A DNA stretch of 53,964 bases from Nitrospirota bacterium (GTDB lineage Bacteria; Nitrospirota; Leptospirillia; Leptospirillales; Leptospirillaceae): positions 1 to 53,964 of the forward strand of contig JAKAWK010000001.1 of NCBI GenBank assembly GCA_021827365.1, written 5' to 3'. This document shows, one piece after another, positions 37,521 to 47,953 of the stretch (its first letter is position 1; each line of letters begins with the position of its first letter). The notes below the pieces were generated by a model, which saw only the letters and a list, made by a program, of their open reading frames with translations, was not told where the DNA came from and did no database searches. Position numbers and translations under genes: made by a program.

Positions 37521-38262
37521 AAGGATCCCCATGGACTATTCCGCCCGTCTTGTCAGGAGTTCCTTCACCGCCACGGGAACGCTGTTTGTCGAGTTTGAAG
37601 TGGTCACCCCGGGCTTTTCCTTCCAGCCCGGTCAGGCCTCCCTCTTTTCCTTCTCTCCCGATTTTCCCCTGGTGGACAAAAGCCGGATCTTTTCGCTGTG
37701 CAGCGCTCCGAGCGAGATTCCGAGGCTTTCCATCGCAACCCGGCTCACCCCCGGGTCGGCCTTCAAGGAGGCGCTTTCGAAAACCCAGCCTGGACAGACA
37801 TTCCTGCTCGAAGAGGCAACCGGGGAGTTCCTCCTTCCCGCGGGAGAGACTCCCGGATCGCTGGTCTTCCTGGCCGGGGGCATCGGGATCACCCCTTTCC
37901 GGAGCATGATCCGTGAACTCCGGCACCGGAAGAATTCCCGATTCCGGATCTTTCTCATGACCGTGAACAGAACGGGTGACGAAACACCCTTTCTTCCGGA
38001 ATGTCAGGAATGGGTGAAAGAGGGTACGCTCACCTGGATCCCCGTTCTCACCCGGGAGGGTCTCTCCCCGGGAGGCTCCCGCCAGGAGCGGATCGAGGAA
38101 GGTCTCACCCGGGTTCTTAAGGAGGCGGGAGAGAACTCTCTTCTCTATCTCGCCGGACCGCCGGGCATGGTCGACACCTTTCACCAGACACTTCTGAGCC
38201 AGTTTCTAATCGAGGAGCCCAGGATCAAAAGCGACATGTTTTTCGGCTATCTTTCCCGGTAG
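37513..38262 (+). CDS. FNR-family oxidoreductase (FAD/NAD(P)-binding)
   Basis: RIFSLCSAP (RxYS-type FAD motif) and LAGGIGITPFRSM (NAD(P) motif). Confidence 0.75.
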   Translation: MTERIPMDYSARLVRSSFTATGTLFVEFEVVTPGFSFQPGQASLFSFSPDFPLVDKSRIFSLCSAPSEIPRLSIATRLTPGSAFKEALSKTQPGQTFLLEEATGEFLLPAGETPGSLVFLAGGIGITPFRSMIRELRHRKNSRFRIFLMTVNRTGDETPFLPECQEWVKEGTLTWIPVLTREGLSPGGSRQERIEEGLTRVLKEAGENSLLYLAGPPGMVDTFHQTLLSQFLIEEPRIKSDMFFGYLSR

Positions 38263-38316
38263 ATCTCTCCGGGTGTGTGGTTGGACGGACACAAGAAGGA
38301 GGAACTCCCCGGAAGG

Positions 38317-41300
38317 TCAGGCCGGAGGGTTTATCGTCAGGCGATAGGCATCCATCTCCTCCCGAAGGTTCCCGATTGCCCGGCAAAAGCGGTCAATAAC
38401 GGCAGGAGAAGGACTGTCGGACGAGATCTGGTGCATCTTCCGGTGGGACTCACGTGTCTCGTTCCAGGCGGGAAGGGGATTATAGACGTGCTCCCGGAGA
38501 TCGAACCAGAGATCGAGGGGGCAGCTCTTCAAGAGGTGAGTCTGTTCGTCATAGAAGGAGCGGGGACGAAAGGCATACTCAAGGAAGGGGAGATCCTCGA
38601 CAGGATAGACCGGGGGGTTTGAGGAAACCTCCCGGGGGAGGGGTCGTTCGAACCAGGACAGGATCTCCTCCTCCGGCATGGGACGGGCGAGAAGATACCC
38701 CTGGATCAGCCGGCCGCCCATGCGAAGCCAGAGATCGAGATCTTCGGCAAACTCGATCCCCTCCCCCACAAGCCGGCTTCCTGAGAGCTCGGCCAGGAGA
38801 AGGGTCGATCCGACGACGGCAAAGGCATTGGTGTGGGTCCGGAAGCGTCGGAGGAAATAGGAGTCGAGCTTTATCTCGGTCATGGAGAGGTCAGCCGCAT
38901 GATGGAGGGAGGAGTAGCCTGTCCCGAAATCGTCGAGGGAGACACCGAACCCGCGCCTTTTGAGCTCGTCCGTCAATCGTGTCGTTCGGGGCATGTCCTC
39001 GAGGGCCGCGCTTTCCGTGACCTCGATGACAAGCCCGCTTCCTTCCTCCTCCCCGACCGCTTCCCGGACATTCTCCAGAAAATCTCCGTGGAGAAAATGG
39101 CTGGCCCCGATGTTCAGGGAAATCCGGAGAGATCGTCCCGCCCGAAGGAAGAGCTCCCGCAGCACCTTCGCATGGCGCAGGGCGTGAACCCCCAGCAGGC
39201 GTATCAATACCGGATCCTTTTCCACCTCCGGCATGAAGCTCCCCGGAAGAAGAATCCGGTCCCCTTGTCGCCAGCGGGCCAGCATCTCCACCCCTTCGAC
39301 CCGTCCGCTCCGACAATCAAGCTGGGGCTGAAGCCAGAAAATCAAGTCACCCTTTTCAATGGCCAGGGGAAAGCTCCGGTGGGTTTCGACCCTCCGTTGA
39401 AGGGCTCTTGCAATCTCACCTCCGAAGAAGCGGAAGGTATTGCGTCCACTCCTCTTGGCAACATAGAGAGCCTCATCGGCATGGGCCAGAAGATCCCGGA
39501 AGCTTTCTCCGGCATCCGAAAGGAGGGCCCATCCGAGACTTCCGGTCACGAGATTGAGGCCATGATCCACCTGCTGGACCAACCGGAGAACCTCCTGGGA
39601 AAAATCCTCGGAGATTTTTCGGACCTCTGTTGCCGGACCGGACAGGCAAAATCCGAATTCGTCCCCACCCAGCCGCGCCAGTATCCCGCCCTTTGGGACG
39701 ATCTCCCGGAGAAGGAGCGCAAGCTCCCTCAGGAGACGGTCTCCTTCGCTGTGGCCATAGGCATCGTTCCACCCCTTGAAGCCATCGAGATCGAGAATCC
39801 CTACCGAAAGGCCCGTTTCTTCCATCCGGATCCGGGAAAGAGCCCCGGAGACCTCCAGGGAGAAGGCATGTCGGTTTAAAAGGCCTGTCAGTGCGTCGGT
39901 TGCCGAAATCATGGCAAGCTGGTCCTGCCGGTCCTGGAATTCCAGGGAAAAGGAAATGTCCTGGGAAAGTCCCTCCAGGAGATTTTCAAGGGTGGGATCG
40001 AAAAATCCTTCCTGGGAGGAAACCAGACCCAGGATGCCGATGGCCTTTCCGTCTTTCCGGATCGCGACTGTCAGGGTGTTCCGGAGACCCCAGGGACGGG
40101 CCAGCCTCCTCACCTCATCGGAGCAGAGCCACCCCTCGAGGAAAGGGATGGGGAGAACCCCATCGGACTCCAAAGTCCGGCTGTGGATGAGACAACGCCC
40201 CTCATCCTCCGGGTCGATCGAGAAGAGCGCCCCGTCGATGAAGGATCGGGCCCGTCCGCGTGCCGAAACCACCCGGGCCTTCAATCCGTCTTCGACAAGG
40301 GATATGAATGCAAGCTCCAGGGTGGTCCAACGCACAAGAAGATCGCAAAGTCCGTCGAAAAGGTCCTGTGCGGGGGGATGACGGGCCATCAGCTGACCCG
40401 ATTCCCCCATGGCCCGGTAAAAAGCTGAATAACGTTCGAGCCTGATCCGGTCCTGTCTCTGGCTCAACGCCAGTTGGGCGCTGGAGGACACCTGGGCGAG
40501 GAGATCGACCACGGCTTCCGGGGGATGATGGGAGGATGAAAAGCCTGCGACAAGCAAGGTGGCGGGACGTTGGTCAGGGAAAAAGACAAGGGGAAAAAGC
40601 ATCAGGGATTTGAGGGAAAAATTCCTCCGGGTGAATGCGGAAATGCCAGGAAACTGCTCCTCAGAGATCTCGACAAAGCGGGGATAGCTCCCGTCCTTCT
40701 CAAGAAACCTCTTCAAACCCGGAATGAGAAGCTCCTGAACGGGGAATGCCCCAAAGTCTCCTCCCCCATATTTGAGGAATCCTTGATCCTCCCCTCCCTC
40801 CGGCAGGTCTCCTCTCTCCAGAATCCAGGCGGCGGGAAGGGCGCCTGAATCGACAAGGGTCAAAACCAGCTCCCGGAGGATTTCCGGCTCAGACGGGCCT
40901 GAAAGAAAGCGCGCCTGAAGGGATTCGAGTGCAGTCTGGAAGGCACGGCGGGCCTGAAGTTCCCGGTACTGGCTTCTCCGTTCAAGAAAGGCCCCAATAT
41001 CGTCGGAGAAACCCATAAGCGCCGGAAGGGTGTCGGGATTGAAAGAGCCCTCCGCATCCCTGTACACGGTCAAAAGCCCCCACAGACCTTCCCGGGTGTG
41101 TATGGGAGCCAGGGCGCTTCCTCCAAGACCATGGAGGCTGGCCCGCTCCCTCCATTCGTCCACTCCAGAGGGAAGTTCGTCGGGAAGCATCGCCACCATA
41201 GGTTTTCCGGAGCGCAGGACCCGGCCTGCCGGCCCCTGCCCCATAGGGCTTTCCGGCGATGCCGAGAGGAGAAGTCCTCTGGCATAGTCCGCAGCCGGTC

Positions 41301-41508
41301 CGGCAACGGCGATCAGGTTAAGGGAGCGATCCTCCCGGTTGAGGCGTCCGATCGTCACGAGGCGGGCGCCCAACTCCTCGACCAGGAGGGTTGCCAGCCG
41401 GGAAAAGGTTTCTTCGAGTGGACGTTCGAGCGACGAGGAAAAAAGTCGGTTTGCCGTCAGGGCGGCCCGATAAATCTCCTCCCGGGGAGAAATGCCAGGA
41501 ACCTTCAC
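38317..41508 (-). CDS. GAF-GAF-GGDEF-EAL signalling protein with an extra C-terminal CZB-like module
   Basis: GLLNRHAF...RLGGDEFGF (GGDEF). The EAL set is present (QPQLD, EMLARW, EVTES, DDFGTGYSSL, KLD, EGIE, QGY). The 106-aa tail carries CPLDLW-x20-HRKMH. Confidence 0.85.
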   Translation of the reverse strand: MKVPGISPREEIYRAALTANRLFSSSLERPLEETFSRLATLLVEELGARLVTIGRLNREDRSLNLIAVAGPAADYARGLLLSASPESPMGQGPAGRVLRSGKPMVAMLPDELPSGVDEWRERASLHGLGGSALAPIHTREGLWGLLTVYRDAEGSFNPDTLPALMGFSDDIGAFLERRSQYRELQARRAFQTALESLQARFLSGPSEPEILRELVLTLVDSGALPAAWILERGDLPEGGEDQGFLKYGGGDFGAFPVQELLIPGLKRFLEKDGSYPRFVEISEEQFPGISAFTRRNFSLKSLMLFPLVFFPDQRPATLLVAGFSSSHHPPEAVVDLLAQVSSSAQLALSQRQDRIRLERYSAFYRAMGESGQLMARHPPAQDLFDGLCDLLVRWTTLELAFISLVEDGLKARVVSARGRARSFIDGALFSIDPEDEGRCLIHSRTLESDGVLPIPFLEGWLCSDEVRRLARPWGLRNTLTVAIRKDGKAIGILGLVSSQEGFFDPTLENLLEGLSQDISFSLEFQDRQDQLAMISATDALTGLLNRHAFSLEVSGALSRIRMEETGLSVGILDLDGFKGWNDAYGHSEGDRLLRELALLLREIVPKGGILARLGGDEFGFCLSGPATEVRKISEDFSQEVLRLVQQVDHGLNLVTGSLGWALLSDAGESFRDLLAHADEALYVAKRSGRNTFRFFGGEIARALQRRVETHRSFPLAIEKGDLIFWLQPQLDCRSGRVEGVEMLARWRQGDRILLPGSFMPEVEKDPVLIRLLGVHALRHAKVLRELFLRAGRSLRISLNIGASHFLHGDFLENVREAVGEEEGSGLVIEVTESAALEDMPRTTRLTDELKRRGFGVSLDDFGTGYSSLHHAADLSMTEIKLDSYFLRRFRTHTNAFAVVGSTLLLAELSGSRLVGEGIEFAEDLDLWLRMGGRLIQGYLLARPMPEEEILSWFERPLPREVSSNPPVYPVEDLPFLEYAFRPRSFYDEQTHLLKSCPLDLWFDLREHVYNPLPAWNETRESHRKMHQISSDSPSPAVIDRFCRAIGNLREEMDAYRLTINPPA

Positions 41509-41536
41509 GAAGTCCTCCCTAAAATGATGAGGCCTA

Positions 41537-42199
41537 TCAGGCGGTCGAACCCGCCAGAAGATGTCCCGTCTTGACGAAGATGGTGCACCCCCGGGTCGAG
41601 AAGGGATGATGGCGGCTCATGTGGGGAGCCCGATACCAGCTTCCTTCGGGATAGGCTCCATGTTCGTCCTCAAAGACGCCGGACAGGACCAGAATCTCCT
41701 CTCCTCCGAAGTGCCGGTGGGGCTGAAAGACCGTTCCCGGAGACCAGCGGACAAGAGCGGTGTTTGACGTCTTCCCCGAGAAAAGCGGAAGGACCGAGAG
41801 GCCTTCGACGAGGCCGGGTGACCAGGGGCTTTCGGCCGTGGCAATTCCGAGACTCCGTCGATCCTCTTCCGGAAAAGTGCCCATCTTGACAAAGAGAAGG
41901 GCCCCCTCTTCCCGGGAAGACATTCCGTGATCTAATAGATCTCCTGCAAGGCGGAGATAAGAGCCCTTTCCCCACTCACGCCCTCCGACCTCGACTGCCC
42001 CCTCCAGGACCAGGATCTCCCGGTCTTTCCGGGAAGCCTCGGGGGAAAGGCCAAAGCCGGGAAGAAGCTTGAGAAAAAAAGATTCCCTCTCGCCAGGAAG
42101 GGATTCGAGAAGACAGACCTGTCCGTTCCATCCTTCGACAAAATGGCGGACCGCAGGGTCGATCACGACCCTGCGGTCGCAATCTGCGTTAAGTGGCAT
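41537..42199 (-). CDS. ChrR-type cupin protein (two cupin-like halves)
   Basis: C-terminus ...WSPGTVFQPHRHFGGEEILVLSGVFEDEHGAYPEGSW. It lies 28 nt upstream of the GGDEF-EAL gene. Confidence 0.6.
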   Translation of the reverse strand: MPLNADCDRRVVIDPAVRHFVEGWNGQVCLLESLPGERESFFLKLLPGFGLSPEASRKDREILVLEGAVEVGGREWGKGSYLRLAGDLLDHGMSSREEGALLFVKMGTFPEEDRRSLGIATAESPWSPGLVEGLSVLPLFSGKTSNTALVRWSPGTVFQPHRHFGGEEILVLSGVFEDEHGAYPEGSWYRAPHMSRHHPFSTRGCTIFVKTGHLLAGSTA

Positions 42200-42383
42200 T
42201 GTTCCTCCCCTTCTTACACTTTAGATAACTCATCGCTGGCCCAATCTTATCCCTCTTCAACCCGGAGGTTCAAGTGAGGCCGTTCGGAGTGGGTCTTTTG
42301 GGATCTCTCCAGGGCCCGGGAAAGTGGAGCTGGGGGGAGAGGAGGGATCACGAAGACGAGTCCATCGACGAAGGGCCCCGAGG

Positions 42384-45300
42384 TTAGGTTCTTTGCACCC
42401 TCCTTTCGGAGGGTGTTGGCCCCTTCCAGGTTGACCACCAGCGGGAGCGGGTTCCTTTATGCCTCTTCGAGGTATAAAGGGCTTCATCCGCATGGCGCAG
42501 GAGTCCGTCTGGTCCGGCATCATCTTCGGGAAAGACGGTGAGCCCCAATGAAAAGCCTACGGTCCTGGCTTCGGGGGGATCTGTGGGAAGAGAGTATGGG
42601 AGCGAGAGAAGCTGTCCGATTCGATCCATCGCGGCTTGGACAGAATCCTGGGCTCCTTCAGAGTTTGCAGGTAGCTGGATAACCACGACAAACTCGTCAC
42701 CCCCCAGGCGTGCCACGATATCCTCCGCCCGGATTCCTTTTTGAAGCCGCCGTCCAACGGCAACCAGAAGTTCGTCCCCGGCCGCATGGCCAAAGCTGTC
42801 GTTCACCTCCTTGAAGTCGTCCAGATCGAGTATGCCCAGAAGGCCCCGCTCCTGGCGACGACGGATGGTGGCCAGAAGCGGAGGAAGAAAGAGTCCAAGG
42901 CCCCTCCTGTTCAAGAGTCCCGTCAGGGGATCCTCGACTGACAGGCTTTCCATCTTGTGGAGAAGCCGCAACCTTTCGATGGAACGGGAGGCATGCTCGA
43001 GAATATTTCCGACAAGTTCCATGAGCAACAGGTCATCGAGAGCCGAAGGCTCCGAAAAGAACAGGATGACTAGGGCCAGTGGACGATCTTCCGGCTTTGC
43101 CCCTGGCACCGGAAGTGCCGCCACAAGGGAAACGGATTCAAAGGGCGGGGTTCGGTAAATATCGAGCATCCGCAGATCCGATGCGGGATTCCGGACAAGA
43201 ATCGGGGAATTTCGGAAAAAAGCCCTTGTGGGAGTCGGAACCGCCCCGGAAGCCGGGGGTACGGCAGGGACCCTGTCAGGAAGGGTCCCGATGACAGAAG
43301 CAAGATCGCCTCCCAGAAACCTCCTTACCAGAAACTCTCCCTCGGGGACCAGACAGTCGACCGCCAGCGTATCGGTCCGTTCGGAGAAGGTACGGACCAA
43401 CCGGGAGAAGACCTCTTCCTCGGACTGGGCCGAAAGAAGGTGTCGTGAATAAAGCTGCAGGGCCGATCTGAAACTATCGACACGACTTCTGTGATGGCGC
43501 TCTTCCTGGCGATCAAGATAAGACGCGACCTCGGAGACAATCCTCTGAAAAACCTGCGCCACCTCCTCCTGAAGAAGCTCTTCGCTTGGAAACAGCGCTT
43601 CAAGAATAATCTTTTCTCCCCCAGACCTTACGAATGCGGATGTCAGTCCTCGGAGAACGTCCACCGTTTTTTTTGGATTTCTTCTTTCCTCCGGGATCCC
43701 GAAATCCTCCATCCGAAGGGTCTTGGGCTCCCCGGCACCCTGTGAGGGTTCCAAAGAGAATGGGCTTGGGGGATAAAAAGCTCGTGTCGAACCATTTTCC
43801 TCTTCAAGAAATTCCTGGGGCCCAGAAAAAGCCATCCGCAGGATTTTCTTCGAGCCTGCGGGAATCCGGCCAAGAGAGACCGTGGTTGCCCCCAGAATTT
43901 CCCGCAAGGTGTCGCAAAGCTCCTCCAGAACGACAGAGCCGGGATCGGAGAGATCTTCCAGCCCCTTGATCGTTTCTGACAGGGCCCTGTAGAACACAGA
44001 AGCCACATGGGCGCGTAATTCCTCTTTCTTGAGCTTGCTGACATCGCTCGCAATGAAGACATATCCGGTCTTCCGCCCCCCGGAATCAGTAAGGAGGGTC
44101 AAGCTCGCCTTGATCCAGAAATGATGGCCCTCCGCAGAACGGCACCGGAAGATCTCATCTGACGATTGGCCTGATAAAAGGCTTTTCCGGAATTTTTCTT
44201 TCTCTTCCTTTTCGGAGACCTCAAAAAGGAAATCACCCGGAGGGTGACCGGAAAGCCTCTCCCTGGAAAAGCCGAATTTCTTCTCGAAGGAAGGGTTCGC
44301 CCAGACAATGAGCCCTTTCGGGTCGAGAAGGAGGATGCCATCGTTTGTCTTTTGGGCAAGAAGAGATAAATGCCGAAGCTCGTCCACTCTTTCGAGACGG
44401 TCGATCCCCATGGTGAGGGCGGCAGAGATCTCCTCGAAAGAGGTGGCCATTTCCGAACTGAATGTGGACGGATCGTCACTTAAGAGAAAGAGAACAGCCA
44501 AAGGCTGATTGCCGGGTCTGCCAACCGGGAAAGCCATGGCCGACCTGACGGAGAGAAAAAATGGGTGGCGTCTTGTGAGAGCCCTTATCTCCGGACACTC
44601 TTCCGGATCCACGGGACCCGAAGGGGTGCCTGACAGAAAGACCCTCCCTGAAAGGCTCCCGTCTAGTTGTGGTTCTGCTCCATTTATGGGAAGCCGGATC
44701 GCGCGGGCAGCTCGCTCCAGGTCCCCCAACCGGCAGGAAGAAGAGACCACGACCAGGTCTCCACGGTTATCCGGCTCAAGCATCAAAACCCCCAACAGTC
44801 CGGTATTCCTGGCAATAATCTGGACTGCACGGTCAAACATCATGCGGGGGCTCTCAATAGACAACAATTCATTCTGAAGCCCCCGGATTGCCTTCCGGGT
44901 GAATTCAAGCTGTTCTCTTTCCCTCCGAAGTCGTGATTGGACGAGAAAGGCGGCCAGGTCCCGGACCAGGCCGGAGGTCAGATCGGCAATCCCTTTTGGA
45001 AATGGACCGGTGTTCTTCCGATAGAGTGCCAGGAAAACACGCTCTCCCCGGGTCGTGACGTATTGATCCACCAGGGAACTCTCCACCCCTGCTTTTTTGA
45101 AACGTTCTCTCCAGGGAAAGAATCGGGGATCAGAGGACAGGAGATCACCTTCCCGCGGTCCACCAAGCGTGCTGCACTCTCCAACCAGCCCCCGTCCTTC
45201 AGGAAGAGTCGGGTCTATACTGATTCTGGTTCCCGTCAATGTCTCCCGCTTCTCTCCCCCGATGGCTAAAAAACGAAGATTGGTCTCTCCCGGAGGAATC

Positions 45301-46064
45301 AATCCGATCCAAACCAGAGGGTATCCCAAAAAGAAAGAGAGATTGTCGGCCAGAGACTGAAACAGCTCCCCGCTCTCCCTTTCATCGCTGTCACGAAGGA
45401 AATGCACCACCTCAAGATGGAGACGGGATAAGTAAGCGGAAATCTCGTCCGGATGCTTCTCATCCTCCCCTGTCTCAAAAAACCCTACAATCCGCCTCCT
45501 TTTCGCGAGGCGGTCAAGCGAGTCTCCATAAACCTTGAGGATCTGCTCCACACTTTCCCGAAGCTCGTCCGTATATCGCTGATGAGGTGGCAGATCGAAG
45601 GACATGACCCCATAGAGGAGGGAGTCCCGTTCCGACACGTCCGGATTAGGATTTGACCGGAAAATGGGAACCGCCACCAGGGAACGAATCAGGGATAAAT
45701 CTTGAAGGTTATCCGAGCTCCCCGCATCAATTAAAATATCCCTCATATCCGGAAAGACAGTCCTTCCTTCGAGAAAAGCCGCAACAGGAGTCGGGAGCTG
45801 AATTAGCGGGAGACCAGAATCGAGAGGAAATGAAATCGAAGCGAGGGCTTGACGGAAGGAGGAGTCGCCACAGGTGATGGAACGGATCCCAAGGAACCTA
45901 TCCGTCGGATCCGGGCAAAGGATAAGGACAATATTGCTTCGGGTTTTTTCAATGATGAGCTCGACAACCTTGTCACCAAGAGACTGTTCCGAGGTCATCC
46001 CAAAGAGCTCTGACTGGACCCGGAGAGCCGCATCATGAAAGTATTCAAGGGACGACCGGACCAT
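42384..46064 (-). CDS. Multi-GAF / PAS / GGDEF diguanylate cyclase
   Basis: PAS (NDGILLLDPKGLIVWANPSFEKKFG) and GGDEF (RLGGDEFVV) with an RxxD I-site (RAED) 5 residues upstream. I chose the start at 46064 (MVRSS) after AGGAGG; the ORF track extends to 46103. Confidence 0.85.
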   Translation of the reverse strand: MVRSSLEYFHDAALRVQSELFGMTSEQSLGDKVVELIIEKTRSNIVLILCPDPTDRFLGIRSITCGDSSFRQALASISFPLDSGLPLIQLPTPVAAFLEGRTVFPDMRDILIDAGSSDNLQDLSLIRSLVAVPIFRSNPNPDVSERDSLLYGVMSFDLPPHQRYTDELRESVEQILKVYGDSLDRLAKRRRIVGFFETGEDEKHPDEISAYLSRLHLEVVHFLRDSDERESGELFQSLADNLSFFLGYPLVWIGLIPPGETNLRFLAIGGEKRETLTGTRISIDPTLPEGRGLVGECSTLGGPREGDLLSSDPRFFPWRERFKKAGVESSLVDQYVTTRGERVFLALYRKNTGPFPKGIADLTSGLVRDLAAFLVQSRLRREREQLEFTRKAIRGLQNELLSIESPRMMFDRAVQIIARNTGLLGVLMLEPDNRGDLVVVSSSCRLGDLERAARAIRLPINGAEPQLDGSLSGRVFLSGTPSGPVDPEECPEIRALTRRHPFFLSVRSAMAFPVGRPGNQPLAVLFLLSDDPSTFSSEMATSFEEISAALTMGIDRLERVDELRHLSLLAQKTNDGILLLDPKGLIVWANPSFEKKFGFSRERLSGHPPGDFLFEVSEKEEKEKFRKSLLSGQSSDEIFRCRSAEGHHFWIKASLTLLTDSGGRKTGYVFIASDVSKLKKEELRAHVASVFYRALSETIKGLEDLSDPGSVVLEELCDTLREILGATTVSLGRIPAGSKKILRMAFSGPQEFLEEENGSTRAFYPPSPFSLEPSQGAGEPKTLRMEDFGIPEERRNPKKTVDVLRGLTSAFVRSGGEKIILEALFPSEELLQEEVAQVFQRIVSEVASYLDRQEERHHRSRVDSFRSALQLYSRHLLSAQSEEEVFSRLVRTFSERTDTLAVDCLVPEGEFLVRRFLGGDLASVIGTLPDRVPAVPPASGAVPTPTRAFFRNSPILVRNPASDLRMLDIYRTPPFESVSLVAALPVPGAKPEDRPLALVILFFSEPSALDDLLLMELVGNILEHASRSIERLRLLHKMESLSVEDPLTGLLNRRGLGLFLPPLLATIRRRQERGLLGILDLDDFKEVNDSFGHAAGDELLVAVGRRLQKGIRAEDIVARLGGDEFVVVIQLPANSEGAQDSVQAAMDRIGQLLSLPYSLPTDPPEARTVGFSLGLTVFPEDDAGPDGLLRHADEALYTSKRHKGTRSRWWSTWKGPTPSERRVQRT

Positions 46065-46213
46065 GCAACCTCCTTTTAAAGAGGGATGCAACTGAAGACA
46101 CACCCTTTATAAACCAGGAGTGGTCGTAACCCTTTCTGTTTGTGAGTATACCCCCAATAAGGCTTGCCCACCAGAAGTTGACGTTATCATAGGGATTATT
46201 CCGGGGAAAAGGA

Positions 46214-47113
46214 TTACTCTTGGGCAGAGGGAAAAGGGGGATCTTCCCTCCCTTTGAGATGTTGCCATGCAACAAGAACCATTGCCAGGAATATCAATCC
46301 CATGCCTGAGCCCTCAATGGTCCCCGGGCGCTCCCCCAGCTGGACCCAAGCCGAGAGAATCCCGACAGCAGGGGCCAGAAGAGTCCCCATACCAGCAACC
46401 CCCGAAGGAAGGCGGTGAAGAGCATAGACCCAAAGGAGCCAAGCCAAGGCATTTCCGGGAACGGCATTATAAAATAGGGCTGCGGCAAATCCAGCGGTCC
46501 AGTCAATCCTCCAGGGTTCAATGATGAGAGCCAGAACCAGCAAGACACCGCCTCCCAAAAGCATCTGCCAGGCCGTCACATCGAGGAGATCCAGGCCTTT
46601 GGGGGTTTTCTTTTTCTGCCAAACAGCGGAGGCCGCCCAGAAGAATCCTGACAGGAGGGCGAGGACGACTCCCCTTCCCCCATGGAGATGCCATGGTTCA
46701 AGAATAAGGAGCAACCCCAGAAAGGCCAGGATGAGGGCCGGTCCCTGAAGTCCATGAATTCGCTCTCCCAGGAAAGGGGCGGCAAGGAGGACGAGCCAGA
46801 GGGGCATCATATAGACCAAAATGGCGGTCTTGCCCGCTCCTCCATATTCGAGGGCCCAAAGGGTGCATCCCACGAAGCCGGTCGACTGAAGGAGGCCCAG
46901 GGGCAGAATGAACCGAATGGGAGGAAGTACCAGTGGACGATGGAAGAGTCCCAGGATCAGAAACAGGACAATTGTTCCCCCCAGGACTCGCATTGCGGCA
47001 AACAGGAGGGGGGAGGAATGGGTCAGGGCCCCTTTCATCACCACCCAGTTGTATCCCCAGATCAGGGAAAGAAGGAGAAGTGCTAGGGAAGGAAGAAAGG
47101 AAGAATGTCGCAT
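46214..47113 (-). CDS. DMT/EamA-family transporter (10 TM)
   Basis: Two EamA-like halves; 299 aa. Confidence 0.8.
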   Translation of the reverse strand: MRHSSFLPSLALLLLSLIWGYNWVVMKGALTHSSPLLFAAMRVLGGTIVLFLILGLFHRPLVLPPIRFILPLGLLQSTGFVGCTLWALEYGGAGKTAILVYMMPLWLVLLAAPFLGERIHGLQGPALILAFLGLLLILEPWHLHGGRGVVLALLSGFFWAASAVWQKKKTPKGLDLLDVTAWQMLLGGGVLLVLALIIEPWRIDWTAGFAAALFYNAVPGNALAWLLWVYALHRLPSGVAGMGTLLAPAVGILSAWVQLGERPGTIEGSGMGLIFLAMVLVAWQHLKGREDPPFPSAQE

Positions 47114-47333
47114 GAACTCCTTGGTCCAAATCTCATTTATTGATCAAACCGTGAAAGCAAACGAGTCTAAAAATCAGACATCTGGTTCCCTGAAGAAGAA
47201 TTGATGATCTTGTCTTATTTTAAAGTGTTCAATCAACACACAAGGAAGAATGTTATTTCCTGGAAGAGAAGGTTGAGAAAGGGCTTAAGCCCTTCATGGA
47301 GAAATTTTCAAGAGAGTCTTAAATCTTAAAGCC

Positions 47334-47386
47334 CAGCGGGCATGGAAAAATTTGGACTCCCAACACTCGGATGCAGAACCCGATAA
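47334..47386 (-). repeat. Degenerate copy of the 3' ~50 nt of a tRNA-Arg gene (old att-site remnant)
   Basis: An ungapped manual alignment with 51883..51935 gives about 40 identical positions of 53, in the same orientation and with the same inner boundary. Confidence 0.55.
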
Positions 47387-47953
47387 AACTCTCTTTCTGT
47401 TGCGGACTGTTTTGGTTTTGGCAATTATCGAAAAAGTCCTCTCAAACTCCGATCCTTAGGATTCGTGATATGTGCCGTGCCGGTCTTTGTGGGGAAATGG
47501 ACGCCTTAAAGGTATTCGAACCTTCCAGTTTACCCCGCGACCGACTGAGACTCAGGAACTGACGATGCGGGAGTTTACCGGGAACAGCCGATGTGTCTGT
47601 TACCGGGCCAGCGATCTCGAGAGAAAGCGCCATGTGTCGGGAACGAAAAGACCCGGCTCTGACGGGGCCACAAATCTCCTCCCGTCTGGAAAGGGGAAAC
47701 GAAAATTGTCTGGCTTTGCGGCATCCATAAGCAGATTCTCAAGCAGGCCCTCAATGATCTTGAACGGGCCCCCCGGATTTTCCTTGAGAAACAGGCCCGC
47801 TTCCCGACCGGAGGAAGGGAGGGAGGAATTTTCCATGAGCCCTCTCTTCTCCGGATAGTGGATTCCGGAAAAGTCCGCTCGAAAAAATGCCATTTCACTT
47901 TATACAAAACACCTAGGACGTCAATGAACCCCGTCTAGGTCCTCTCATATTGG

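Noticed and set aside
47495-47560. T-loop-like motif (GGTTCGAATACC on the minus strand) followed by ...GGCGTCCA, suggesting another tRNA or tRNA fragment.
   Set aside because: The T stem only pairs if the loop has 8 nt. No acceptor/discriminator/CCA register works cleanly, and no anticodon arm can be folded upstream. At most it is a very degraded remnant.
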